From Micromonosporaceae bacterium (GTDB taxonomy: Bacteria; Actinomycetota; Actinomycetes; Mycobacteriales; Micromonosporaceae), in the NCBI GenBank assembly GCA_009377645.1, contig WHTQ01000003.1:21528-85527 (forward strand): DNA of 64,000 nt, read 5' to 3'. The notes under the pieces are model-generated. The model did no database searches and was not told the DNA's origin. It was given only the letters and a program-made list of their open reading frames with translations. Positions within the stretch are counted from its first letter, which is position 1. Each line of letters opens with the position of its first letter. The position numbers and the translations under genes are program-made. Of this stretch, positions 24,191 through 33,181 are shown one piece after another.

Positions 24191-24998
24191 GACTGGATAC
24201 GATCGGCCGGTAAACAGTGCCGCGGTAGCCGCGTACCTGGACCGGATCGGGGCGGCGCGGCCGGCCCACCCGGACGTCGATGCGCTGCGCGAGCTGCAGC
24301 TGCGTCACCTGCACACGGTGCCGTTCGAGAACCTCAGCATCCACCTCGGCGAGGAAATCGTGCTGGTGGAGAAGGCACTGCTGGAGAAGGTGGTCACGCG
24401 GCGGCGCGGCGGCTTCTGCTATGAGCTCAACGGCGCGTTCGCTGCCCTGCTGTCCGCCCTCGGGTACGAGGTCACGATGCTGGCCGCCCGGGTGTTCACG
24501 CCGAACGGGCTCGGGCCGCTGTTCGACCACCTGGTCCTGCGGGTCGACCTGGCGCAACCGTGGCTGGTCGACGTCGGCTTCGGCAGCTTCTGCCACCACC
24601 CGCTGCGGCTCGACCTCCACACCGACCAGCCGGACCCGGCCGGGGTGGCCCGGGTGGTGGCGCTGGACCACGGCGACCTCGACGTGCTGATCGACGGGCA
24701 GGGTGAGTACCGGATCGAGGCCCGCCCCCGGGTGCTGGCCGACTTCGAGCCGACCTGCTGGTGGCACCGCACCTCGCCGAAGTCCCACTTCACCCGGTCG
24801 CTGACCTGCTCCCGGCTCACCGACACCGGGCGGGTCACGCTCAGCGAGCGCCGGCTGATCCGGACCGGCGCCGGTGGCCGGGACGAGCAGGTGCTCGGCG
24901 ACGACGCCGCGGTGCTCTCCGCGTACCGCAGCGAGTTCGGGATCGTGCTCGACCGGGTGCCGACGCTGGCCCGGCCGGCTACCGCAGCTGCCGGCTGA
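24177..24998 (+). CDS. nat: Arylamine N-acetyltransferase
   Basis: YLDRIG...LRELQLRHLHTVPFENL and the catalytic Cys motif RGGFCYELN. GTG start. Confidence 0.85.
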   Translation: MILGRTGYDRPVNSAAVAAYLDRIGAARPAHPDVDALRELQLRHLHTVPFENLSIHLGEEIVLVEKALLEKVVTRRRGGFCYELNGAFAALLSALGYEVTMLAARVFTPNGLGPLFDHLVLRVDLAQPWLVDVGFGSFCHHPLRLDLHTDQPDPAGVARVVALDHGDLDVLIDGQGEYRIEARPRVLADFEPTCWWHRTSPKSHFTRSLTCSRLTDTGRVTLSERRLIRTGAGGRDEQVLGDDAAVLSAYRSEFGIVLDRVPTLARPATAAAG

Positions 24999-25060
24999 CC
25001 ACCGTCAACGCCCCGTCGTGCTCCGGGGAGTCGCCGGGCGGGTGGGCGCTGGCGGTGGTG

Positions 25061-25711
25061 CTACCGCGTGTCGAGCTCCCGCTTGACCACCCGCAGGTCG
25101 TCGACGAGCGCAGCGTAGGCGATCTCCCGGTTATCGGCGCGCAGCACCGCCGACGGGTGCGTGGTGGCGACCAGGAACGCGTGGTCGTGCTCCGGGAACT
25201 CTTCGGGCACCTCGGCGCTGGCTGGCCACGGAAAGACCTGCCCGCGCGACCGGGTGATCCGGAAGTCCGGGCCCAGCAGCGCCCTCGCCGCGGTGGCGCC
25301 GAGCACGACCACGCCCTTGGGCCGCAGCTGGGCGAACTCGGCGACCAGCCACGGCCGGCAGGCGACGACGTGCGACCGGTCTGGGGTCTGGTGCAGCCGT
25401 CGCTTGCCGGTGCGGGTGTGACGAAAGTGCTTCACCGCGTTGGTGATAAACAGGTCGGGCACGGCCAGGCCGGCCTCGTCGACCGCCCGCCGCAGCAGGT
25501 GTCCGGCCGGCCCCACGAACGGCAGCCCACGCTGGTCCTCCACATCGCCCGGCTGCTCCCCCACCAGCACCACCCGGGCACCGGCCGAGCCCCGACCGAA
25601 CACGGTCTGGGTAGCATCCCGGTACAGGTCGCAGCCGCGGCAGCCGGCCGCCGCCTCCCGCAGCCGGTCCATGCCGGCTCCGGCCGGCACGAACTCGCGC
25701 GCGCTGGTCAT
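25061..25711 (-). CDS. Family-4-like uracil-DNA glycosylase of the UdgX type
   Basis: CRGCDLY, GEQPGDVED, LPFVGPAG, and NAVKHFRHTRTGKRRLHQTPDRSHVVACRPW, which corresponds to the UdgX-specific KRRIH loop. Start at MTSAREFVP, colinear with M. smegmatis UdgX as I recall it. Confidence 0.8.
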   Translation of the reverse strand: MTSAREFVPAGAGMDRLREAAAGCRGCDLYRDATQTVFGRGSAGARVVLVGEQPGDVEDQRGLPFVGPAGHLLRRAVDEAGLAVPDLFITNAVKHFRHTRTGKRRLHQTPDRSHVVACRPWLVAEFAQLRPKGVVVLGATAARALLGPDFRITRSRGQVFPWPASAEVPEEFPEHDHAFLVATTHPSAVLRADNREIAYAALVDDLRVVKRELDTR

Positions 25712-25933
25712 AGTGATTAGTTCTACCCCGGCCAGCGGCAGCTCACCCACCCGGACCCCGGTCGCGGCAGCGACCGCGTTGGCCTCCGGTACGAGGCTGC
25801 TGGCTAGTCCGCCGCCGCTGGTAGCTGGTCGGCGCGGTAGACGTTCCACAGTAGTGTCGCGAGCAGGATCACCACCACGGCCGGGACCAACCAGCTGCGC
25901 ACGGCGGTGGCTGGCCACCGATCGAAGCCGAGG

Positions 25934-26830
25934 CTACCTCCCGCTGAGCCTCGTCCAGCCGGCGTAGTGCTGGGGCGTCACGGGAAAAGCACTTCGGCGG
26001 CGGGCGCGTACCGCCTTCCCTATGCCATCCGCGGCGTGCGCGACCGTGTCCAGGCGCAGACGCCGCAACCTCGGGGTGGTCATCGACACCGAGATCGCAG
26101 CGATGGCCGCGCCCGCCTCGTCGAGGATTGGGGCGGCGACACAGGCCACCCCCGGCACCGCCTCTTCCATGTCGTATGCCAGCTTGGTCTTGCGGATATT
26201 CCGGAGCTGACTGACCAGCATGCCCGGAGCTGTGACCGTACGTCGGGACAGCGGAGTCAGACCGCGCGAAACCACCGCGCGAAACGAGTCGGGGGACGAG
26301 AACGCCAGCATCGCCTTGCCGAGTGCGGTGCAGTAGGCGGGCATTCGGCCGCCTGGGAAAGTCGGGAGCACAATACCGTCGTGGCCGCGGACCCGATCGA
26401 TGTAGAGCACTTCCTCGGCATCAAACCAGGCGAGCTGAATGGTTTCCTTGGTAACGCTGTAGAGGTCTTGCATGTATGGCATGGCGAGGTCGCGAAGCAC
26501 CCGCTGCGCCCACACGGCGCCGGACAGCTCGAACAGGCACAGGCCCAACCGATAACGCTTGCCGCTGCGCTCGAGTGCCCCGACTGCCATCAGCTGGGCG
26601 GCGAGCCGGTGCACGGTGCCCTTCGGCAGTCCGGTCCGCTTGACTAGATCGGCGAGGGCGAGCTCTTCGGAGTCGCGGATGAAGCAAGCTAGGAGCACGA
26701 AGGCGCGGGCGATGACCGAGGTCTCCACCTCAACCATGGATTGCCCCGCCTGTGAATCGAGGTCGGGTGCGGGCCGGACATTGGCACTTGACGTCCGGAC
26801 AGACATCGCGCCACCCCCTACGGTGAGCAA
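25934..26830 (-). CDS. IclR family transcriptional regulator
   Basis: wHTH (LALADLVKRTGLPKGTVHRLAAQLMAVGALER) plus an IclR effector domain. Start uncertain (Met9 or Met32 possible). Confidence 0.85.
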   Translation of the reverse strand: MLTVGGGAMSVRTSSANVRPAPDLDSQAGQSMVEVETSVIARAFVLLACFIRDSEELALADLVKRTGLPKGTVHRLAAQLMAVGALERSGKRYRLGLCLFELSGAVWAQRVLRDLAMPYMQDLYSVTKETIQLAWFDAEEVLYIDRVRGHDGIVLPTFPGGRMPAYCTALGKAMLAFSSPDSFRAVVSRGLTPLSRRTVTAPGMLVSQLRNIRKTKLAYDMEEAVPGVACVAAPILDEAGAAIAAISVSMTTPRLRRLRLDTVAHAADGIGKAVRARRRSAFPVTPQHYAGWTRLSGR

Positions 26831-26998
26831 CTAGCCCAGTACTCGACGTCCGATGACGACACCGTTGATCTGTGATCTTAGCTTGGCGGAGCCAATCACA
26901 CTAGCCACCCGAATGGCTGGATCGGATGACTCAGACGTCTTGAGCCGGTCAGGCGGGCACCCACATGGCGAAAAGGTCGCGGATCAGATCGTCGCGGA

Positions 26999-27994
26999 TC
27001 AGATCAAGGCGGTTACCGCGGGGTTGCGTACCGGTTCGGCGTAGAGATCCTCGAAGATCCCGGCGTTGTCGAGCTCTCGTAGCAGGCTGAGGTCCCACGG
27101 CTCCAGCGGATCGATCCGGCTCGCCTCCGGGTCCTTCGCCACGTCGAGGCGGTAGACGTTCCAGATCGCGAGCGGGTGCGGATATGGCTTGACGTTCAGC
27201 AGCCCGGCCCAGGCGCTCTGTAGATAGGCGATGTCCTCGTCCTGGGTGATCCCTATGGCCGGCGCGACATTGGCGGCCAAGATCTCGCGGACCCGCTCCG
27301 GCTGGGTCTTGAAGAAGTGGACCGCTTCCACCATCGACCACAGGAACGAGCGTGTCAGTTCGCGGTTCTCGTCGACCCAGTCGATCCGGGAGCAGATCGT
27401 CACGTTGTGGATAACAGGAACCGGGGGAAGCTCCAGGACGGACAGCCCTCGGCGACGTGCGACGTTATCGAACGGCAGGTCCACTGCGGCGCCAACCGCC
27501 GCACCGCTCTCGACTGCATCGATCGCCCAGCCGAACGACTCGGAGCGGGGACGGTCGCCGCCGGAGAAGTCGATAGCCTCAACGCGGGCGCCCGCAATCC
27601 GCAGCGCCTCGCGGAGGTTTCCGACCACGCACGGCGCCTGGCTCGACACCACGACCTTTCCGCCCTCCAGCTGGCGCGGGTCGGTGATCCCGGCGGCCAC
27701 GACAAGCCGGTCGTCCCAGTCGTTCTGCGCCTGGGCGAGGTAGACAAAGCCCTTGTCCCCGCTGGCACGCGACGTATAGGGCTCGTGGTGTAGTCCGCTG
27801 AGAAAGGCGTAGGCGCCGCTGCGCAGTAGTTCGGCGCGGTCCTGCATACGCCGCGCCTCGCGTCCGTTCAGCGTCCACTCCGCGACGTCGATGTCCAGCT
27901 TGATGCCGTGCCGCTCGGCGGCACCAGAGTCTCGCCACACCGACCACAACGGCATGTGCGACATTGCGCTGACCAGGACTCTCACAGTCTCCAT
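26999..27994 (-). CDS. NMT1/THI5-like (SsuA/TauA-fold) protein without signal peptide
   Basis: 331 aa, periplasmic-binding-protein type 2 fold-like, with no leader or lipobox. This contrasts with the paralogous lipoprotein at 49999..51003. Confidence 0.6.
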   Translation of the reverse strand: METVRVLVSAMSHMPLWSVWRDSGAAERHGIKLDIDVAEWTLNGREARRMQDRAELLRSGAYAFLSGLHHEPYTSRASGDKGFVYLAQAQNDWDDRLVVAAGITDPRQLEGGKVVVSSQAPCVVGNLREALRIAGARVEAIDFSGGDRPRSESFGWAIDAVESGAAVGAAVDLPFDNVARRRGLSVLELPPVPVIHNVTICSRIDWVDENRELTRSFLWSMVEAVHFFKTQPERVREILAANVAPAIGITQDEDIAYLQSAWAGLLNVKPYPHPLAIWNVYRLDVAKDPEASRIDPLEPWDLSLLRELDNAGIFEDLYAEPVRNPAVTALI

Positions 27995-28012
27995 CGGATC
28001 TCCTATACGTCG

Positions 28013-28966
28013 TCACTCGAAGGAGGGCAGCTTCTTGCCGTCCAGGTGCTGTTCGATCAGGTTGGCCGCAGCCGTTGCGAACGCCTCATATGACCGGTCA
28101 GTGATCCAGCCGATGTGCGGAGTGAGCACTACGTTCGCCCGACGCAGTGGATGCGACCGGGGAAGCGGCTCTCGATCGAACACGTCCAGCCCAGCACCAG
28201 CAAGCTGCCCGGACGTGAGCGCTGCCAGCAGCGCATCCTCGTCAACGACCGGGCCGCGGGCGCTGTTGAGCAGGTACGACCCTCGTGGCATCGCCGCGAT
28301 AAGGTCACGATCGACTAGACCTCGAGTCTCGTCCGTCAGCGCGCAATGCACCGAGAGCACATCGGAGCTGGCCGCCAGCTCGGGCAGGGGCAGGACCTTC
28401 ACTCCCTCGGCGGCGCGGCGGCCGGCGAGCAGCGACGGGCTCCATGCGGCGACCGACATGCCGAACGCTGTCGCGAGCCTGCCGACCTCCCGGGCGACCG
28501 CTCCGAAGCCGACCAGGCCCAACCGCATCCCGGATAGCGTGCGCCCCATCGGCTTGGGCCAGTTGCCGGCGCGGATGTCGGCGTCCAGCCGTGTGATCAA
28601 GCGGGTGGCCGCGATCAGCAGCCCGATGGTTAGCTCCGCGGTGCTCTGTGCCGAGGCTCCCTCGGCCCGGGCTACTGTGATCCCGAGGTCCCGGGCGGCC
28701 GCGAGGTCGACGTGGTATGCCTTGCTGCCGGTCTGCACGATCAGCTTCACCCGGTCGAGCCGGCGCAGGAAGTCGGCGGGGAACTGGGTCCGCTCCCGGG
28801 TCGCGACCAGCACGTCGAAGCCGGCCAGCCGCTCGGGGTCCTCGACGTGCCGGTCGAGCACCGTCACCGACTCGACCCCGGCCAGGCCCCGCAGCGCAGC
28901 CACCCCGGCCGACCGCTCGTACACGCGGTGAACGTCGTCGAGGAACGCGATCCGCAGGCCGCTCAC
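28013..28966 (-). CDS. D-isomer-specific 2-hydroxyacid dehydrogenase (NAD-binding)
   Basis: GLVGFGAVAREVG dinucleotide fold, NSARGPVVDE, and TPHIGW. The GTG at 28966 overlaps the amidase stop (GTGA). Confidence 0.85.
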   Translation of the reverse strand: MSGLRIAFLDDVHRVYERSAGVAALRGLAGVESVTVLDRHVEDPERLAGFDVLVATRERTQFPADFLRRLDRVKLIVQTGSKAYHVDLAAARDLGITVARAEGASAQSTAELTIGLLIAATRLITRLDADIRAGNWPKPMGRTLSGMRLGLVGFGAVAREVGRLATAFGMSVAAWSPSLLAGRRAAEGVKVLPLPELAASSDVLSVHCALTDETRGLVDRDLIAAMPRGSYLLNSARGPVVDEDALLAALTSGQLAGAGLDVFDREPLPRSHPLRRANVVLTPHIGWITDRSYEAFATAAANLIEQHLDGKKLPSFE

Positions 28967-30354
28967 GACGCGACCCCCGAAACCGGCGAGGACAACCGGC
29001 CGGCCCAATCGTCCGCACGGGTCACCCGCGCCGCGACCGCGAGAGTCAGCTCGTCGCACCTGGGCGCAGCGACCAGCTGTGCGCCGATCGGGAGCCCCAC
29101 AACCGACCGGCCGGACGGAATGCTGACCGCGGGCAGGCCGAGCAGGCTGGCCGGAATTTGCAGGCTGCGATCACCGGTTGTCTCCCGCGTCGGGGCGACG
29201 CCAGCGACGCTGGGCAGCAACCAGACGTCCACTTCGGAGAATGCGGCGAGCACCTCGGCAGCCAGCCGCCGCCGCAGGCGCTGCGCGTCCAGGTAGTCGC
29301 GACCGCGCACTTCCCGCCCCGCTAACACCGCCTGGGCGATCTTTGTGCGGTAGTGAGTGGGGTGTTCCGCATACCCGCGGGCGTGCACCGCGCTGATCTC
29401 GGCGCTCATCGTGACCTGGTGCACGGCCGCGATGTCCGCCAGCCGGCCCAGCCGGACGGAGACCAGCTCGGCGCCGCCGGCCGCCAGGATCCGCCCCAGG
29501 CCGGCGACGCTGTCGGCGACCTCATCGGTGGCCAGTTCGAACGCGTCTTCCACCAGACCGACCCGGATCCGCGCATCCCGGGTGGCTGCCGCTACCGCGC
29601 CGCCCGCAGCGACCTGGAAGACGTCGACGCAGGTTTCGACCGTGTCCGCGAGGATGCCCACTTCATCGATCGACCAGGCGAGCGGGAAGACTCCGCCCAG
29701 CGGCAGTCGGCCACGGCTCGGCTTGAAACCCACGATCCCGGTGTACGCGGCCGGCCGGATCGTCGATCCAGAGGTCTGGGTGCCTAGCGCGGCCGGGACA
29801 TGGCCGACGGCGACGGCGACCGCCGAGCCGCTGCTGGAGCCGCCGGGGGTGCACTCGACGTTCCAAGGGTTGACCGATGCGGCCGGGTCAGAGAACGCGA
29901 ACTGCGTGGTGACGGTCTTGCCGACCACGATCGCACCGGCCGTGACCAGCCGGTCCACCACCGGGGCGTGTCCGGTCGGCACCTGGTTGGCGAACGGCGC
30001 GAAGCCGGCCGTGCATGGCATCCCGGCGACGTCGATGACATCCTTCACCCCGATCGGCAGCCCCTCCAGCCGACCCGCCGGTCGCCCCCCGGCCAGCTCC
30101 GTCTCCGCCACCTCGGCCCGCGCCAACGCGCCCGCCCGGTCCACATAGGTCCAGGCACGCCACCGCTGATCGGACTTCTCGATCGCGGCCAACGCTCGCG
30201 CGACCGCCCCGGGTCCTGGACTCGCGTTGCCGCCGGAGCGGGTAGGCGCCGCCACGATCTCGAGACAGTCCGATGCCGCGGGGTCGGGCGTGGGTCGGTC
30301 AGACGGTCCAAGCCTAGCGGTGCGGACCAGGCGGACCGCCTCGGCGAGCGACAT
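28963..30354 (-). CDS. Amidase-signature (AS) family amidase
   Basis: GGSSSGSAVAVA...GTQTSGSTIRPAAYTGIVGFKPS signature. Start uncertain (Met at 30354, or a codon up to 30405). Confidence 0.85.
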   Translation of the reverse strand: MSLAEAVRLVRTARLGPSDRPTPDPAASDCLEIVAAPTRSGGNASPGPGAVARALAAIEKSDQRWRAWTYVDRAGALARAEVAETELAGGRPAGRLEGLPIGVKDVIDVAGMPCTAGFAPFANQVPTGHAPVVDRLVTAGAIVVGKTVTTQFAFSDPAASVNPWNVECTPGGSSSGSAVAVAVGHVPAALGTQTSGSTIRPAAYTGIVGFKPSRGRLPLGGVFPLAWSIDEVGILADTVETCVDVFQVAAGGAVAAATRDARIRVGLVEDAFELATDEVADSVAGLGRILAAGGAELVSVRLGRLADIAAVHQVTMSAEISAVHARGYAEHPTHYRTKIAQAVLAGREVRGRDYLDAQRLRRRLAAEVLAAFSEVDVWLLPSVAGVAPTRETTGDRSLQIPASLLGLPAVSIPSGRSVVGLPIGAQLVAAPRCDELTLAVAARVTRADDWAGRLSSPVSGVAS

Positions 30355-30421
30355 CGCCCCCGGCGAGAGCGGGTCGCCGGGTCGCGCCTCGGTCGGCCCG
30401 CTCACGAGGCCGACTTTCGCA

Positions 30422-31807
30422 CTAGGCTGCACCCCCGGGGAGCAGGCGCCACAAGTCCCGCACATCGGCCAGGTCTTCCAGCGAGCGGACCGTGGCGATC
30501 ACCCGCTGGGCAGTGTCCGAGTCGACCGGGACCGCGCCCTGCCGGAGCGCGTCGAGGAACTTGTCCTCGACATCACCGGTAGGTAGCGGCTGCCCGGGCG
30601 ACCCGCGCGGCTTGGCCGGGCGCAGCAGCCGCTCGGTGCCGTCGGCCAACCGCACGGCGATCTCCTCGACTCCGTCTCCGGCGTCGTCCACCTCATCGAA
30701 GTCGATGCGGTCGGCCAGCTCCCGGGCCACCGGGTCCGCGATCCCCGTCGGAGTAAGGTCGCTGAGCCGTACCGTACCGGCGGTGAAAGCCTTGGCGAGA
30801 GCGTATTGCAGGCTGTTGCTCGCGGCGGCGCCGTTCGCCGGGCGGCGGCGGGCCTCCTGCGGTGTGGCCCACGGGCGCAGCCACTCCGGGCCGCGCACTG
30901 TCACTCGCGCGATCTCGGCGGCCGGAGAACCCGCCCGCCATTGCACGACCGCCTCTATGAACGGATGCAGCAGGCCGCTGGTTGGCCACAACTTGAACCG
31001 TGACTCCAGCAGGCGGTACTCCGTGCCCAGCCCGTTGACCAGAGCAGAGTTGTCGGTCAGCGAGCCCCCGTAGTAGTACGGGTAGACGCCCGCCTTCCCG
31101 CCGAAGACGTCCATGTTGGCCCGCAGCCCGGCCCTGGCCAGCGAGGCGGCGAGCAGACCCCCGTGGTTCGCAAAGCCACCGTATGCCGCCTTTGCGGGGA
31201 CGTCGCCACCGAGCACCACCTCCATGGTCCCGGCGGCCTGCATGAGTGCAAGCCCGATGGCGTCGTGTACGCCGTCGGCGTCCAGGCCCAGCACCGCCGC
31301 ACTGGCCGCCGCCGCGCCGAAGTACCCGAGCAGCTGCCCTTCCAGCAGCCGCGGGTGAACGCCGCCGACCCCACTGGCCGCGTCCCGGGCCGCGGCAGCC
31401 ATCCGGCTCATCAGCTCAGCACCGGCGGTGACCGCCGCGATGTACTCCTCGCCGCTGACCTTGCCGCGTAACTCGGCCGCCGCCGACGGGGCGGCGAAGG
31501 TGACCACGCCGAGGTGTGCCCCGAACGGGCCTACCATGTCGAAGTTGAGCGCGTGGCTGGTGGCGCCGTTGACCAGCGCCGCGCCGAGTGGGCTCAGCCC
31601 CACCCCGAATCCGGCAGCTGGCATGCTCCCTGCGCCCCCGGCCTCCCTGCCCGCGCGCAGCACGGCGGCTGCCCCATCGCCGAGGCTGCTACCCGCCACA
31701 GCCGTGCAGAGGGAGTCCAGGATGGATAGCTTGACTCGCTCCCGAGCCTCGATCGGGATGTCCGGATAGGAGAGGTCGGCGACGAACTCGTACAGCGGGT
31801 GGCTCAT
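30422..31807 (-). CDS. MmgE/PrpD family protein (paralog 1)
   Basis: 461 aa with the typical N-terminus (FVADLSYPDIPIEARERVKLSILDSLCTAVAGS). Its ATG overlaps the stop of the upstream paralog (ATGA). Confidence 0.85.
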   Translation of the reverse strand: MSHPLYEFVADLSYPDIPIEARERVKLSILDSLCTAVAGSSLGDGAAAVLRAGREAGGAGSMPAAGFGVGLSPLGAALVNGATSHALNFDMVGPFGAHLGVVTFAAPSAAAELRGKVSGEEYIAAVTAGAELMSRMAAAARDAASGVGGVHPRLLEGQLLGYFGAAAASAAVLGLDADGVHDAIGLALMQAAGTMEVVLGGDVPAKAAYGGFANHGGLLAASLARAGLRANMDVFGGKAGVYPYYYGGSLTDNSALVNGLGTEYRLLESRFKLWPTSGLLHPFIEAVVQWRAGSPAAEIARVTVRGPEWLRPWATPQEARRRPANGAAASNSLQYALAKAFTAGTVRLSDLTPTGIADPVARELADRIDFDEVDDAGDGVEEIAVRLADGTERLLRPAKPRGSPGQPLPTGDVEDKFLDALRQGAVPVDSDTAQRVIATVRSLEDLADVRDLWRLLPGGAA

Positions 31808-33162
31808 TGCGCGAACACCCTGGTTCCAGTGAATACGGAGACATCGGGGAGGGTCTCGACGTCCCGGAGCCGGCCGAAGGCCAGGGCGGCCTGCTCGGGA
31901 CTGATGCCCCGGGCGGCTATCAGGCGGGTGAACTTGTCCCGCAGAACCTCCCAGCTGATCGGGTCGGCTGGGCTGCCGGGCGTGGTCTCGACCTTCTCCA
32001 CCGCCCGGGTGCCGTCCTTGCGGGTGATCGTGACGACAGCCTGGTCGGTGCCGAGCCGGTCGCTGGCCGTGACGCTGATCCGCCCGAACAGCTCCCGTAC
32101 CTCCGGTCTGGACCTGACGAACTCAGCCGAGTAGGCGGTCACGTCGCGGCCGTGGCCCTGGCAGGTAAGGGCGACAAGCGTACGGATGCTGAACTTTACG
32201 TCGTGGTCGGAGTGCAAGCTGTCCTTACCGGTCAGCTCGACCACCAGCGGATGCACCAGCAGCTCAACACTGTCGATATCGGACGCCAGCGTGCCGTTTC
32301 CAAGCAGCCGCTCGGTGCCGGCGAGCGCAGGGTGCGACACGACCCCGCACGGGTACGGCTTGATCCCGTTGCCCAGCATCTCCCAGGTCGAGCCCAGCCC
32401 GTCGACCAGCGCCCCGGGCTCGGGAACATCACACATGACCCGCCAGAACCCGACCCGGCCCTCGATTCCGGCTGGGTCCGCGTCGAAGCCCTGCTGGGCG
32501 AGGAGCGCGGCGACCAGGCCGTTGCGACCGGCGTTGCCGGAGTTGACCGGCTTGGCGTTCGAGCCGAAGTGCTGCCGGTGCCCGCTGCCGGTGTTCGCGG
32601 CATGTGCCACGGCCATCGTCAGCGTGGGAGCGTCGGACTCGAGCAGCCGGGACGCCGCGACCGCAGCGCCGATCCCGCCGGTCGAGCCGGTGATGTGCCA
32701 GCCCCGGCTGTAGTGTTCGGTCGGCATCGATCTGGCGACCCGGGCGGCCACCTCGAAGCCGGCCAGGTACGCGGTCAGCAGCTTCTCACCCGTGACCGCA
32801 CCTGAGCCGTCCGCGACCGCGAGCGCCGCCGCGAGGGTCGGGTTGGAACCGTGCAGAATCGTCACCCAGTGGGTGTCGTCGTAGTCGAGCGCGTGCCCGG
32901 AGATGCCGGACAGCCACGCTGCCGACGCCCACGAGACCGCCCGGTCGATGCCGACCGGCCGCACGACGCCGGTGCCCTCGGTACGGGCCACCACCGCCTG
33001 CGCCCGGACCGACGGGTCGGAGTCGACCCCGCCAAGCATCACCCCGACGGTGTCCACCACGCCCTGGATGGTGCGTTCGCGCACCGGCGTCGGCACGTCA
33101 GACCAACGCAGCTCCCGCGCGAACCGCAGCAGCCCCGCCACCGCGCCACGTTCATCTAACAC
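31804..33162 (-). CDS. MmgE/PrpD family protein (paralog 2)
   Basis: GLLRFARELRWSDVPTPVRERTIQGVVDTVGVMLGG. I chose the GTG at 33162 (RBS GGGGAA), because the longer ORF overlaps the LigB gene. Confidence 0.8.
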   Translation of the reverse strand: MLDERGAVAGLLRFARELRWSDVPTPVRERTIQGVVDTVGVMLGGVDSDPSVRAQAVVARTEGTGVVRPVGIDRAVSWASAAWLSGISGHALDYDDTHWVTILHGSNPTLAAALAVADGSGAVTGEKLLTAYLAGFEVAARVARSMPTEHYSRGWHITGSTGGIGAAVAASRLLESDAPTLTMAVAHAANTGSGHRQHFGSNAKPVNSGNAGRNGLVAALLAQQGFDADPAGIEGRVGFWRVMCDVPEPGALVDGLGSTWEMLGNGIKPYPCGVVSHPALAGTERLLGNGTLASDIDSVELLVHPLVVELTGKDSLHSDHDVKFSIRTLVALTCQGHGRDVTAYSAEFVRSRPEVRELFGRISVTASDRLGTDQAVVTITRKDGTRAVEKVETTPGSPADPISWEVLRDKFTRLIAARGISPEQAALAFGRLRDVETLPDVSVFTGTRVFAQ

Positions 33163-33181
33163 GATGTGTTCCCCAATCCAC

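Noticed and set aside
25804-25902. 32-codon minus-strand micro-ORF (RSWLVPAVVVILLATLLWNVYRADQLPAAAD) between the IclR and UdgX-like genes
   Set aside because: It looks like a single TM helix. However, it has a GTG start with no RBS within 30 nt, is very short, and has no supporting evidence. It is left as a note only.
25712-25933. Mobile-element signatures (integrase, tRNA, att-like direct repeats) at the borders of the 26-53 kb cluster (also 53004..53252)
   Set aside because: None were found by eye. The block is therefore described as a probable acquired cluster on the basis of composition and the adjacent gene stubs, not as a defined genomic island or ICE.
26976-27005. 15-bp tandem duplication (GTCGCGGATCAGATC x2) spanning the stop codon of the NMT1-like gene
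   Set aside because: It is real in the sequence but minimal (two copies). It is most simply replication slippage, and I can infer no function.
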